Assembly: GCA_963719875.1 (NCBI GenBank)
Contig: CAVRDJ010000001.1
Span: forward strand, 186 to 64,185
From: an uncultured Acidobacteriota bacterium
GTDB taxonomy: Bacteria; Acidobacteriota; Terriglobia; Acidiferrales; UBA7541
DNA: 64,000 nucleotides
Direction of reading: 5' to 3'
How positions within the stretch are numbered: position 1 is the stretch's first letter; each line of letters opens with the position of its first letter. The position numbers and the translations under genes were made by a program. This document shows positions 1 to 9,281 of this stretch, in pieces. A model generated the notes under the pieces. It was not told the DNA's origin. It did not search any database and was given only the letters and a program-made list of their open reading frames with translations.

Positions 1-179
1 AACCGCGATGCGCTTCCTCGGGTAAGGGTCCGCGGCGCTGATTTTGGCTTCCTGGGCTGGCAAAAGGCTATTTGAGAATTCTGATACAATCGCGAAGGCC
101 GGCAAACGGATCAGGAGCTTATTGGCGTCCCGTCGTGAGAAGCTCTTTGCTGACATGGACTACCCCCTGTCGATAGGTT

Positions 180-791
180 TCAAACAAGGTGATTTGCCGA
201 TTCTTGCGCTTCCGTTCCATGAATCGACATTGCTCCCGCCGGAATCGCGGAAACTTCGCCATGCGGCTCAATGCTCCAGCTCTTAGCCATGCGGTTACCG
301 CCCGCCGTCAGACAAAAAAATGCGGACAGCTCGATAATTTCGGCGTTGCTGTAGTATTTCTTCAGCTCTTCATAGACTTGCTCGTCTCGACCATCGTCGA
401 GTGTGAGCGTCCGCGCGTAGTGCAGAGCTGCGCGCGTCTTGGGGTCTGGATGCTCCCAGTTCGGCAGCGCGCAGCTTGTTTTCTCTTCCTCGGTGATGGA
501 TGCAGCGAGCGGAGAGGTTTGCCGCGCGCAGAATTCGCAGCCGATCATCTGGGCGATCTGGATGCGCGCTAGTTCCTTGATTTCGTGAGGCACAGAGCCG
601 CCGCGGTGGAGCATGTCCCAGTAGCTTGCGAAGGCCTTCGCCACTTCGGGATTGTGACCCATAGTTCGGTACCAAGCCTGCGGCGGGCTCTTCGTTACTG
701 CAGCACCCGCAATGACCCGGCGCAACTCAGGGTCGTCGACGTCCTTGTCGGCAACTTGGGGAACATTCGGCACGTGCTTTAATGCGGTCAT
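180..791 (-). CDS. carboxymuconolactone decarboxylase / AhpD-like family protein
   Basis: 203-aa ORF with a C-E-F-C redox motif (IGCEFCARQ) and overall resemblance to the CMD/AhpD-like family. AAGAGG RBS lies just upstream of the ATG at 791. Confidence 0.8.
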   Translation of the reverse strand: MTALKHVPNVPQVADKDVDDPELRRVIAGAAVTKSPPQAWYRTMGHNPEVAKAFASYWDMLHRGGSVPHEIKELARIQIAQMIGCEFCARQTSPLAASITEEEKTSCALPNWEHPDPKTRAALHYARTLTLDDGRDEQVYEELKKYYSNAEIIELSAFFCLTAGGNRMAKSWSIEPHGEVSAIPAGAMSIHGTEAQESANHLV

Positions 792-1005
792 TTATGACCT
801 CTTTCTATTCTGATCGACAATAATCGGAATTTGATTTCCCCAAACGTTGAGGCACGAGGCGGGCCAAAGCACTGGTCGCTCGGGAGAAAACCGCGCCGTT
901 GATATTAAAAGGTTTAGATGAAGCCCGTCGGAACGTCACACCGTGCAACACGGTCACGACATTTGGGGGTATCGATACGAAGTCTCGTGGAGGCCTCGCT
1001 GCGAA

Positions 1006-2678
1006 TCACGAAATATCGTGGCGCCTGCGGTCAATGCCCAGTTTACTCATTCTGCTGCGGAGTGTGTTCGGGTGGAGATTCAGAATTCTTGCCGCGCCCT
1101 TTGGTCCGTCAATCACTCCCGCAGTTCGATTCAGAGCGGCCAGGATGTGATCGCGTTCCATGTGCTCAAGGCTCGGGAAGAAAGTTTCCGTCGATCGGGC
1201 ACTGTTCTCCGCAATGGGGGGATCAGCTTTTGGAGGTTTGGCAGAGGATGACGTGGCTAAGATCGCCCAACGCGGGGGTTCTGGGTAGAAACGCGGGGTC
1301 AACCGAGAGAACGAGCCCTGATGAGAGTACTACTGCACGCTCGATAATATTCTGAAGCTCGCGGATATTACCCGGCCAGGGATATTCTATCAACAGATCC
1401 ATCGTTTCTTTCTGGACGGAGTCAATTTTCCGGCCAAATTTATTCGCGAACCGTTGTAGAAAGAAACCTACCAGTTGCGGAATGTCGGAGCGACGATTGC
1501 GAAGCGGTGGAAGCTCAAGCGGGAAGACGTTCAAACGGTAGAAGAGATCGGATCGAAACCGGCCCGCCGCCATACATTCCTCGAGGTTACGGTTTGTCGC
1601 CGCGATGATTCGGACATTGACGTGAATTGTCTTGTTGCTCCCGACCGGCTCAAACTCCCCTTCTTGCAGCACGCGCAGCAGCTTAACCTGCGTTTCGAGC
1701 GGCAACTCGCTGACCTCATCCAGGAAAAGAGTTCCGCCATCCGCCAGTTCGAATCGGCCGATATGCCTTTCCAAAGCGCCCGTGAAAGCGCCTCTCATAT
1801 GGCCGAACAGCTCACTCTCTACAAGACCGGCTGAGATGGCGCTGCAGTTCAATTTCACGAGCGGCCGGTTCTTGCGGTTGCTGCAATCATGGATGGCGCG
1901 GGCAATGAGCTCCTTGCCGGTACCCGTCTCTCCGTAAATCAGAACCGTCGAGTCCAAGGGAGGCGACCCGCTCCACGTTTTCGAGCACTTCCCGCAATTT
2001 GGCGCTGCTGCCGACGATCTCTCGGAAGTTGTGCTCCGAACGGATTTCTTCCCGCAGGTACACGTTTTCTTTTTCCAGCTTGGCGTGGAGTGCGCGGATT
2101 TCTTCATATGCCTTCATGTTCTCCACAGCGAGAGCGACCTGGTTGGCTACTTCCTGCAACAGCTCTCCGTCCGCATCCGAGTACTCATCGGCTTTGTTGC
2201 TGGCGAGGTTCAGCGTTCCCATACTCTTGCCGGCGATGATCAGTGGTGCGACACAAATCGAACGAACTCCCTGCTCCGCGAGCAGGCGTTCGGTAGACGA
2301 TTCGCTCTCCCTGTCCAAATTTCGACGAACCAACGGGCGTTGTTGATCAAACGCCCAACCGGCATGGCTATCGCGTCGGTCGAGCTCTCTCCCAATCGAG
2401 AAGAACTCCGAGGCATACTCATCATTCTGGGCGAAGATGCGAAGGGTATCGTGTTCCGGGACGTAGAGAGTGATCGCCGAGCGATTGAAAGGCAGGACGC
2501 CTTCCAAGGCTGCGCAGACGGCACGCAATAACTCGCTCTCACTCAATTTGGTAATGATCGAGTTGTTTACTTGAAGAAGAATCCGGAGGCGCTGCTCCGC
2601 CGACTCAGCAGAACTGGCTTCGCGAGAAACGGTGGGCGTTCTCCCGGATTTCTTATCTCCTCCGTTTCTGGGTCTCAT
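1006..2678 (-). pseudogene. sigma-54-dependent Fis-family transcriptional activator (GAF-AAA+-HTH), disrupted by two frameshifts
   Basis: Three consecutive minus-strand ORFs lie in different frames: 1887-2678 (GAF), 1223-2107 (AAA+ with GETGTGKE and GAFTGA) and 1006-1302 (Fis-type HTH). Together they are collinear with the intact paralog at 54002-56185. Frame changes occur near 1950-1965 and within 1223-1302. Confidence 0.8.
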
Positions 2679-3174
2679 CTCATAAATTCCTATCGCGGCG
2701 ATAAATGGATTCTACATGTCTAGGTCAACCTGAATCCAGGGCCTTGAGCCAATTCGAGTCTATGTGATCCATCGTAGCCCTCAGGCTCCGTATCGAATGC
2801 GGCGGGAGACGTTTTTTCGGCACGGTCCTTTAAAACTGCTTGGGATCACCATCAAGGGTTCGCGCTTCCGGGTATTAAGGATATGACCGGTGTTAACAAT
2901 CCACTTATAATGCCTCAACACAGTTACTACGAGTGGTGGGGTTTGGGGAGTTATTGGACTCATTGTTTGGTTTTATCGTGGCCACATTTGTGGAATGCGC
3001 AGCAATCCTCCAGGCAACGACGAGGTGCTCATGCACGAGTTAGCCGTTGTGATTCGCCAAAATTCCGTCGGCCTGTTAAATCCATAACATACGGAGATCG
3101 TCTCGCGGCACGAGCAGCTATACGTCCAGCCCACATTTGACCTCTTTCGCTTCGGGTTCTGAGCGCACATATTG

Positions 3175-3864
3175 CTAACGATCGGCATAGACGACTGAAC
3201 AATTTAATTGCGGTCTGTCTCCATGCAGCTCTTGGCGTAGCCGCATGCGAGCCTTGTGTAACTGCGACTTCGAATTGCCGACTGAGCAACCCAAGATCTC
3301 CGCAATTTCATTGTGCTCATAGCCTTGGACGTCGTGGAGGACGAAGACCGACCTATAACCCAATGGTAGCTGCCCAAGGGCACGGTGTATATTTAACCGA
3401 TCCAGTAGCCCAGAAAGTCGGAGGTCGGGTCCTCCGAAATCTTTGGGTGGCTTACCAATTTCTTCATTCGGGCCGATGACCTCCTCTAACGAGGTCTGCA
3501 CAGGTTTCTTCTTGCGCAGGCGCATCAGGACGATATTGAAAGCCAGTCGGTGCAACCATGTTGAAAAGGCCGCTTCGCCGCGGAACGTGTGGATCTTACG
3601 GAACACTTGCAAGAAGATATCTTGGGTCAGGTCTTCGGCTTCGGTTGCGTTTCCAACCATTCTCAAGCACAAGTTATACGCGCGCCTGCTGTGCAACCGA
3701 TATATGCATTCGAACGCCGAGGCGTCACCCTGTTGGGCCAATCGAATCGCCTCTGCCTCAGGCAAATCGATGGTCTCGGATTGTCTCAGGTCTGGCAACG
3801 CATCAGCTTGCACAATTTTATTCACGACATCGTCCGTTCCTTGCCCTCGATTGCTACTTTCCAA
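3175..3864 (-). CDS. ECF-type RNA polymerase sigma-70 family factor
   Basis: 229-aa ORF with sigma region 2 ([33 protein letters not shown]) and region 4 ([37 protein letters not shown]). No recognisable anti-sigma gene is adjacent. Confidence 0.85.
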   Translation of the reverse strand: MESSNRGQGTDDVVNKIVQADALPDLRQSETIDLPEAEAIRLAQQGDASAFECIYRLHSRRAYNLCLRMVGNATEAEDLTQDIFLQVFRKIHTFRGEAAFSTWLHRLAFNIVLMRLRKKKPVQTSLEEVIGPNEEIGKPPKDFGGPDLRLSGLLDRLNIHRALGQLPLGYRSVFVLHDVQGYEHNEIAEILGCSVGNSKSQLHKARMRLRQELHGDRPQLNCSVVYADR

Positions 3865-4241
3865 AGATGCTGCCGATTTGTGTATCCCCTTTCTGATTCC
3901 GTGACCAAGAGAAAGTTACAAAATGCACCCCTACCGGTCGAGCGACTTCTCACCCACCAATTCAGAAAGCTGCGCCGAAACCAAGGCGTGTTCAACGGTG
4001 TAACGTTTTCGGTGGCGGCGTATCTGACACTTTGGGGCAAATCTCTATGGTTAGTCCTTGAATGAGGGCATCTCGTCTCGAGCTTTCGCGATATTGGAAA
4101 TCGAAAAAAGGGCGCAAGTCTGCCATATGGCGTCCAATATTTCCAAGGAACGAGAGACTCTCCAACACTTTTAGCAAACCGGGGGACTTATTCCTATTAG
4201 TTCGATGCAACAGGTGAGGCACTCTATTGAGACAATCTTAT

Positions 4242-5219
4242 ATGAAGAAGAAATGCCTTTTATTAAGCCTGCGATCTTTGACACTGGCCGCTTGTGCTCT
4301 GTTCGGGCTTCCCGCCCTGGCACAGGTCGCCGGCCCTCTGACGCCCACCGGCCCTCCCGAGCAAGCAAAGTTCGCCGGCGAGGCCATTCGAACGGAGGTG
4401 GCGCTTGCGCTCGTCAATGTCACGGCGACAGATCCCTACGGTCGGCTGGTGACAGGCCTCGAGAGGGAAAACTTCCGTGTCTTTGAGGATGGGATCGAAC
4501 AGGAGATCATCGCGTTCTCGAGCGAAGATGTGCCGGTTTCCATAGGCCTTATCTTCGACATGAGCGGCAGCATGTCGGATAAATTGGAGAAAGCGCGGCA
4601 AGCGGCAGTTCAGTTCCTGCAAACCGCCAATCCGCGGGATGAATTCTTTCTGGTGAGTTTTGGTGATCGAGCGGAGCTGACCCGCCCCTTTACTTCCAAT
4701 ATCGAAGATCTGCAGAACGGGATCTTATACACCACCGCGCGAGGCCGCACGGCACTTTTCGACGCGATTTACCTCGGTCTGAGCCAAATGAGGGGCGCAC
4801 GAAACAGCAAACGCGCGTTACTCATCATATCGGATGGTGGCGATAATCATAGCCGGTTTACAGAGTCAGACGTTCGAAATTTTGTGAAGGAGGCTGATTG
4901 CCAGTTGTACTCTATCGGCTTGTTCGATGCCAACGATCGGGGACGAACCCCGGAGGAACTCTATGGTCCTACGCTGCTCTCCGAAATCACTGAGCTTACC
5001 GGCGGACGCGTCTTTGCCGTGACGAGCCTAAATGAGCTGCCGGATATCGCCGCCAAAATTGGATTGGAGCTGCGTAATCAGTATGTCCTAGGATACAAAC
5101 CGGGCAACGTCCGGCACAATGGCGCTTGGCGAAAAATCAAGGTTAAACTGGCACCTCCCAAGGGTTTGCCGCCTCTCAGCATCTACGCCAAGACCGGATA
5201 CTACGCCCCCAATCGGTAG
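4242..5219 (+). CDS. VWA domain protein (VWFA-related acidobacterial type), secreted
   Basis: Signal peptide MKKKCLLLSLRSLTLAACALFGLPALAQ and MIDAS-like motif IFDMSGSM. Overall layout matches the VWFA-related acidobacterial domain family (TIGR03436 from memory). An alternative start is at 4227. Confidence 0.8.
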   Translation: MKKKCLLLSLRSLTLAACALFGLPALAQVAGPLTPTGPPEQAKFAGEAIRTEVALALVNVTATDPYGRLVTGLERENFRVFEDGIEQEIIAFSSEDVPVSIGLIFDMSGSMSDKLEKARQAAVQFLQTANPRDEFFLVSFGDRAELTRPFTSNIEDLQNGILYTTARGRTALFDAIYLGLSQMRGARNSKRALLIISDGGDNHSRFTESDVRNFVKEADCQLYSIGLFDANDRGRTPEELYGPTLLSEITELTGGRVFAVTSLNELPDIAAKIGLELRNQYVLGYKPGNVRHNGAWRKIKVKLAPPKGLPPLSIYAKTGYYAPNR

Positions 5220-5477
5220 CCTTCAGGTTGCACCGAGTCACGGACTGTACTTCGCACGAAACTACTTCTGCTTGTGACGGTCGCCGAGTTCGCTACGTTC
5301 GTCATTTACGTTTGCCTTCAGGCTGCGTTGCGGGAGAGGTCATTGGGCCGGTCTCCCAATAGCCTGTGTGAGCCACTCTTTCAGTGAAACTTTCTCGCGT
5401 TTGCGGTATCAGAGGATTGACGCCCATCTTCGGACCTATGAATCGAAGTCGTTGGGCGGATACATCGGGGAATAAAT

Positions 5478-6197
5478 ATGCCTGATCTCCCGAACCCGCA
5501 AAAGCCCAGATCATTGAATCGCCGCGAGCTGCTGAAGCTATCGCCACTGCTGGTTGTGGGTGCTTTCGCGATTCCGAAGGTTCGCGCACCCCTGCTGGCG
5601 GCTGGTGTCAATTTCACCGACTGGGCATCCGCAAAATGGTTTCGGCGCGATCATCTGGCACCCACGTTCGCCGATAGCGAACTGGCCCCCATGGAAAAGT
5701 TTTACGTCAACACGTACGACGTGGATGACCCCGAAGTGGATCTCGAAAAGTGGACTCTCACGGTCAGCGGCGATGTCAAACGACCTGGAGAGTACACACT
5801 GGCGCAAATCCAGTCTCTGTCGAAACTGACGCAGAACACGCGGCACATTTGCGTGGAAGGCTGGGACGTAATTGGAAGATTTGGCGGAGCGCGTATCTCC
5901 GACTTCCTGCAGTTCGTCGGCGCAAAGCCAGACGCAAAATTCCTTTATGTCGAATGCGCTGACGATTACTACGAATCCCTGGACATGGCTTCTGCTCTCC
6001 ATCCGCAATCGCTTCTGTGCTACGAGATGTACGATCAGCCGCTGACACGAGAACACGGCGCGCCTCTCAGGCTGCGCGTGCCAACCAAGATTGGTTACAA
6101 GCAGGCTAAATATTTGACGAGCCTGCGCGTTACGGATGTCGTTCCGAAAACTGGCTACTGGGAGGACCAAGGCTACCCCGCTTACTACGGGCTCTAG
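5478..6197 (+). CDS. molybdopterin-dependent oxidoreductase (sulfite-oxidase / MsrP-like catalytic subunit)
   Basis: 239 aa with a Tat-like signal (NRRELLKLSPLLVVGAFA). It shows YedY/MsrP-like sequence (HICVEGWD, GAPLRLRVPTKIGYKQAKYL). Confidence 0.8.
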   Translation: MPDLPNPQKPRSLNRRELLKLSPLLVVGAFAIPKVRAPLLAAGVNFTDWASAKWFRRDHLAPTFADSELAPMEKFYVNTYDVDDPEVDLEKWTLTVSGDVKRPGEYTLAQIQSLSKLTQNTRHICVEGWDVIGRFGGARISDFLQFVGAKPDAKFLYVECADDYYESLDMASALHPQSLLCYEMYDQPLTREHGAPLRLRVPTKIGYKQAKYLTSLRVTDVVPKTGYWEDQGYPAYYGL

Positions 6198-6212
6198 GCC
6201 TCGCACATTTCA

Positions 6213-6917
6213 ATGGCATCATCAAACTCCACACCCATTCCGATCGCCGCTGTCGAGGCCGCAGAAAGCCATGTCCGAACAGCCTACGAGCATCCCTGGG
6301 CTGTGCGTTTCTGCCACTGGCTGAACGCTGTGTCGCTCTTTGTGATGGCTGGAAGCGGCCTGCAAATCTTCCGGGCCTTTCCGAGCTTTGGCTCGAAGAT
6401 CCCTCAGCGCGACTTACTGCATGTTCCAAAATCTCTGGCCCTGGGCGGCTGGCTCGGCGGCGCGCTGCAATGGCACATGACGTTCGCCTGGATCTACGTG
6501 GCTACAGGTGCTTTCTACGTAGCGTACCAGATCTTCTCCGGAAATTACCGTCAGTCTCTGATTGTGCCTAGTGATCGGGCCGGGGTGTGGCCGATGATCC
6601 GCCATTACTTCTTTTTCGGGCGTAAGCCAGCGCAAACCGAGGTATACAACCCGCTTCAAAAGATAGCTTACACCTCGGCGATAGTGCTTGGACTGCTGTC
6701 CGTGCTAACGGGAATCGTCCTCTACAATCCTGTGCAATTTTCCCTCCTGGCTTCGCTGATGGGCGGATTTCATTGGGCCCGGGTTTGGCATTTTTGTGTT
6801 CTGTGCGCATTGCTCCTGTTCGTTTTGGGGCACCTGATCATGGTGATCCTCCATGGATGGAACAATTTCACATCCATGCTGACGGGTTGGAAGCGCAACC
6901 CGGAATACACGCCCTAA
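6213..6917 (+). CDS. membrane b-type cytochrome (cytochrome b561 / Ni-Fe hydrogenase CYTB-like)
   Basis: 234 aa with four or more hydrophobic helices and conserved His positions (FCHWLNA, HMTFAW, HLIMVILHGW). It starts 16 nt after the molybdoenzyme gene, so it is probably the electron-transfer partner. Confidence 0.75.
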   Translation: MASSNSTPIPIAAVEAAESHVRTAYEHPWAVRFCHWLNAVSLFVMAGSGLQIFRAFPSFGSKIPQRDLLHVPKSLALGGWLGGALQWHMTFAWIYVATGAFYVAYQIFSGNYRQSLIVPSDRAGVWPMIRHYFFFGRKPAQTEVYNPLQKIAYTSAIVLGLLSVLTGIVLYNPVQFSLLASLMGGFHWARVWHFCVLCALLLFVLGHLIMVILHGWNNFTSMLTGWKRNPEYTP

Positions 6918-6930
6918 CGATTGTTCACTC

Positions 6931-7623
6931 TTGACAGAAGCGATGCAAAATCGGGACAGGTCCGAAGCTGAGGTGACAATTGCGCCTCGGTCTGACCCCG
7001 CCCAAGAACACGAAGCCGTTTTGATCGGGCGCATCCGGAGCGGTGAAACGGAGTTGTTTTACGAACTGATTCGGCCTTACGAGAGACGCGTCTTCGTGAT
7101 CGCGTTCACAATCTTGCGAAACGAGGAGGACGCAGAAGATGCTGCGCAGGACGCTTTCCTTAAAGCGTTTAAGCATCTCGGGCAATTCCGGTCAGAATCG
7201 CGATTCAGCACCTGGCTGATCCAGGTTGCCATCAATGAAGCTCGACTGCGGCAGAGGAAGAGTCATCTCCAGATTATGCGACCCATCGAGGATAGGGAAA
7301 ACGAAGACGGCAGCTATACGCCGCACGACTTCACCGATTGGCGCGAGATTCCTTCGGAAGCCCTGGAACGAAAGGAAATCCGCGAAAAGCTGGTTGCGGC
7401 GCTCGCCTCGCTGGCCCAGAAGTATCGCGAGGTGTTTGTCCTGAGGGACGTTGAGCACATGAGTATTGAAGACACGGCGCAGGCGCTCGGAATATCAGCA
7501 GGCGCCGTCAAGACGCGCCTCTTGCGCGCTCGATTGATGCTGCGAGATCTTCTCTCACCGGGATTGGAAGGAATCTGGGCGAGCCATTCGCAGATTCCGA
7601 AGGGGACAAAACCATGGTCGTAA
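6931..7623 (+). CDS. ECF-type sigma factor
   Basis: Region 2 (DAEDAAQDAFLKAFKHLGQFRSESRFSTWLIQVAINEA) and region 4 (YREVFVLRDVEHMSIEDTAQALGISAGAVKTRLLRAR) are present. It is a paralog of 14311-14955. The TTG at 6931 or the ATG at 6943 could be the start. Confidence 0.85.
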   Translation: MTEAMQNRDRSEAEVTIAPRSDPAQEHEAVLIGRIRSGETELFYELIRPYERRVFVIAFTILRNEEDAEDAAQDAFLKAFKHLGQFRSESRFSTWLIQVAINEARLRQRKSHLQIMRPIEDRENEDGSYTPHDFTDWREIPSEALERKEIREKLVAALASLAQKYREVFVLRDVEHMSIEDTAQALGISAGAVKTRLLRARLMLRDLLSPGLEGIWASHSQIPKGTKPWS

Positions 7624-8207
7624 AATGCGAGGATGTTTGGCGCGAAATTTCAAACTACTTCGACGGAGATCTAGATCCCGCCCCGAAGCAGGCGTTGGAG
7701 GAGCATTTGGCGCAATGCGCGCACTGCCAGTCCGTGCGCGATGGCATGCGCAATGTCGTTGAGCTTTATGGCGACAAAGCGATGTTCCACTTGCCTGCAG
7801 GCTTCCACCCGCGGCTGCGCGAGCGTCTCGCCGATCAAGTCGAGGGCCGCAAAATTTCGCGGAGGGCGTGGCTCGTGAGTGTCGGGGTCACCGGCGCGCT
7901 TGCTGCCTCGGCCGTCTTGGCGGCCGCGCTCGATCACTTCGTGCCGCAGCCCCTCTCCGAGATGAGCCAGCCCGCTCGGCGATTGCCGCAACGTCTTGTG
8001 GCGGTTGTTGACAGCGGCAAATTGTTTCATGTACCGGGCTGCCCTTTCATGCACGGAAAGTATCACATGGTAACGCCAGAAGAGGCGGTTCGTGAGGGTT
8101 ACGCCCCATGCACCCGTTGCATGCCTGAAGCGCTTCGGAGTGCTGGGAAAGTTACACCTGACTTTCAGGGCGAGGAAATCGTAAGTAGTGAGACTGAGGG
8201 GCAATGA
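7614..8207 (+). CDS. anti-sigma factor (zf-HC2), single TM helix, C-terminal Ada-like metal-binding domain
   Basis: It overlaps the sigma gene stop by 10 nt. N-terminal HxxxCxxC motif (HLAQCAHCQSV), TM segment AWLVSVGVTGALAASAVLAAAL, and C-terminus LFHVPGCPFMHGKYHMVTPEEAVREGYAPCTRCMP. Confidence 0.75.
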   Translation: MVVKCEDVWREISNYFDGDLDPAPKQALEEHLAQCAHCQSVRDGMRNVVELYGDKAMFHLPAGFHPRLRERLADQVEGRKISRRAWLVSVGVTGALAASAVLAAALDHFVPQPLSEMSQPARRLPQRLVAVVDSGKLFHVPGCPFMHGKYHMVTPEEAVREGYAPCTRCMPEALRSAGKVTPDFQGEEIVSSETEGQ

Positions 8208-8277
8208 CGGAACGCTGAGCGGCTGCGCGAAGTATGCGACTCCCTGAGCAACCCGGTGTCCAATAATCGAGCCGGCT

Positions 8278-8415
8278 CTAGTTCTTGGGCACGCCCTTCG
8301 ACATGTCGTCGTGCTTCACGCCGTCGTCCTTTTTATGATGGCGTATGTTTTCATCTGGTCTTGCTGGCCTTGGTCCTGCCGTGCTGTAGCGAAGCTCGAT
8401 GCGGTCAGTCCCATG
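8278..8415 (-). pseudogene. 3-prime remnant of a pentapeptide MXKDX-repeat protein paralog
   Basis: DNA aligns with the 3-prime part and the signal-peptide end of 13343-13630 (ctagttcttggg...cgacatgtcgtcgtgcttca...catctggtcttgctgg). It translates to MGLTASSFATARQDQGQQDQM and then goes out of frame. It has no start context of its own. Confidence 0.6.
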
Positions 8416-8502
8416 TGGGAACCTAACATCCGTTCCAATCAGCTAAGCAGAACGCTCCGCCATTTCTTGCCAATGAAGCGGGTAGCACCCCCATTTTTAA
8501 GA

Positions 8503-9042
8503 TCAGATCAGGCCGGTGGCCTTTCCTTGTTGCGGGTTGGTAATAATCTGGTCCATCAATCCAGCACTGACAAACTGCTTGCCCTGAAGCACAGCTTCCA
8601 CAGCAACTAAGAGATCGCTTGCGGCATTTGATTTAGCAATATAACCATTCGCTCCAGAACTGAGAGCACCTCGCACCACATCTTTAGATGATTCTAGGCT
8701 CAGGAAGATGATCTTGGACTTGGGGGCGAGCTTGCAGATTCGTTTGGCCGCTTCGATCCCATTCAGACTTGGGAGCCCGATGCCCAACAGTATCAAGTCC
8801 GGTTGCAGTTCTTCAGATTTCTGAACTGCTTCAAGTCCGTCTGAGGCCACGCCAACGATCCGCAAATCTTCTCTCCTTTCCAGGGTGGAACGTATAAAAT
8901 GCCGAAACGGCTCACTATCATCGACGACCAGAATCCGCACCTGTGAAACACTTTGCTTTTCTCCGATGCGGACGATACCCATAGTCACTTCGGAGTCTCC
9001 TAGGATTTGGCGCGCATCCCTCGTGATGAGTGCCTTCTTCAT
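8503..9042 (-). CDS. receiver-only response regulator (CheY-like/NarL-type REC, no output domain), atypical
   Basis: REC fold: VRILVVDDSEPF...DLILLGIGLPSLNG...IIFLSLES...GYIAKS. The position of the phospho-acceptor Asp is Gly (LLGIGLP). A GGAG RBS precedes the ATG at 9042. Confidence 0.8.
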   Translation of the reverse strand: MKKALITRDARQILGDSEVTMGIVRIGEKQSVSQVRILVVDDSEPFRHFIRSTLERREDLRIVGVASDGLEAVQKSEELQPDLILLGIGLPSLNGIEAAKRICKLAPKSKIIFLSLESSKDVVRGALSSGANGYIAKSNAASDLLVAVEAVLQGKQFVSAGLMDQIITNPQQGKATGLI

Positions 9043-9190
9043 GTCCTCTCCTTGTCCGATCGGAATAGTTTACAGACCGCGCACGTGGCCTCGGTGGCGC
9101 TTCTGATACGTAAATCCGATCAATGTTACGGGCGGCGAGGTGATTGCGGAGGACGTGCTGCAATCAGGAATTTGCAGCTCCACTGGGAAA
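9019..9190 (-). repeat. duplicated leader/RBS/first 8 codons shared with the MXKDX gene (partner 13607-13790)
   Basis: By-eye alignment: catgtcYtctccttgtccgatc(g)gaatagt...cagaccgc...ttctgatacg...gttac...gcgga...ctgcaa...gaaatttgc are shared. The coding part ATGAARAAR..ACTCATCACG is also shared. Confidence 0.7.
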
Positions 9191-9213
9191 TCCGCCGGAT
9201 CAACCGCACGTCT

Positions 9214-9260
9214 GAAAGAAAAACGGCCGGTGCGAGGGCTCAATCCCTTCGCACCGGCCG
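9214..9260 (-). terminator. rho-independent terminator of the TBDR gene 9282-13028
   Basis: On the minus strand: CGGCCGGTGCGAAGGG-attgag-CCCTCGCACCGGCCG followed by TTTTTCTTTC. It begins about 20 nt after the stop codon. Confidence 0.75.
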
Positions 9261-9281
9261 GATGGATCTGGTCGCAACAGG

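Noticed and set aside
5538-6206. 222-aa minus-strand ORF
   Set aside because: It is antisense to the molybdoenzyme gene 5478-6197, which has a Tat signal and clear family resemblance.
8311-8610. 99-aa plus-strand ORF
   Set aside because: It runs antisense across the MXKDX remnant and the 3-prime end of the response-regulator gene, and has no motif.
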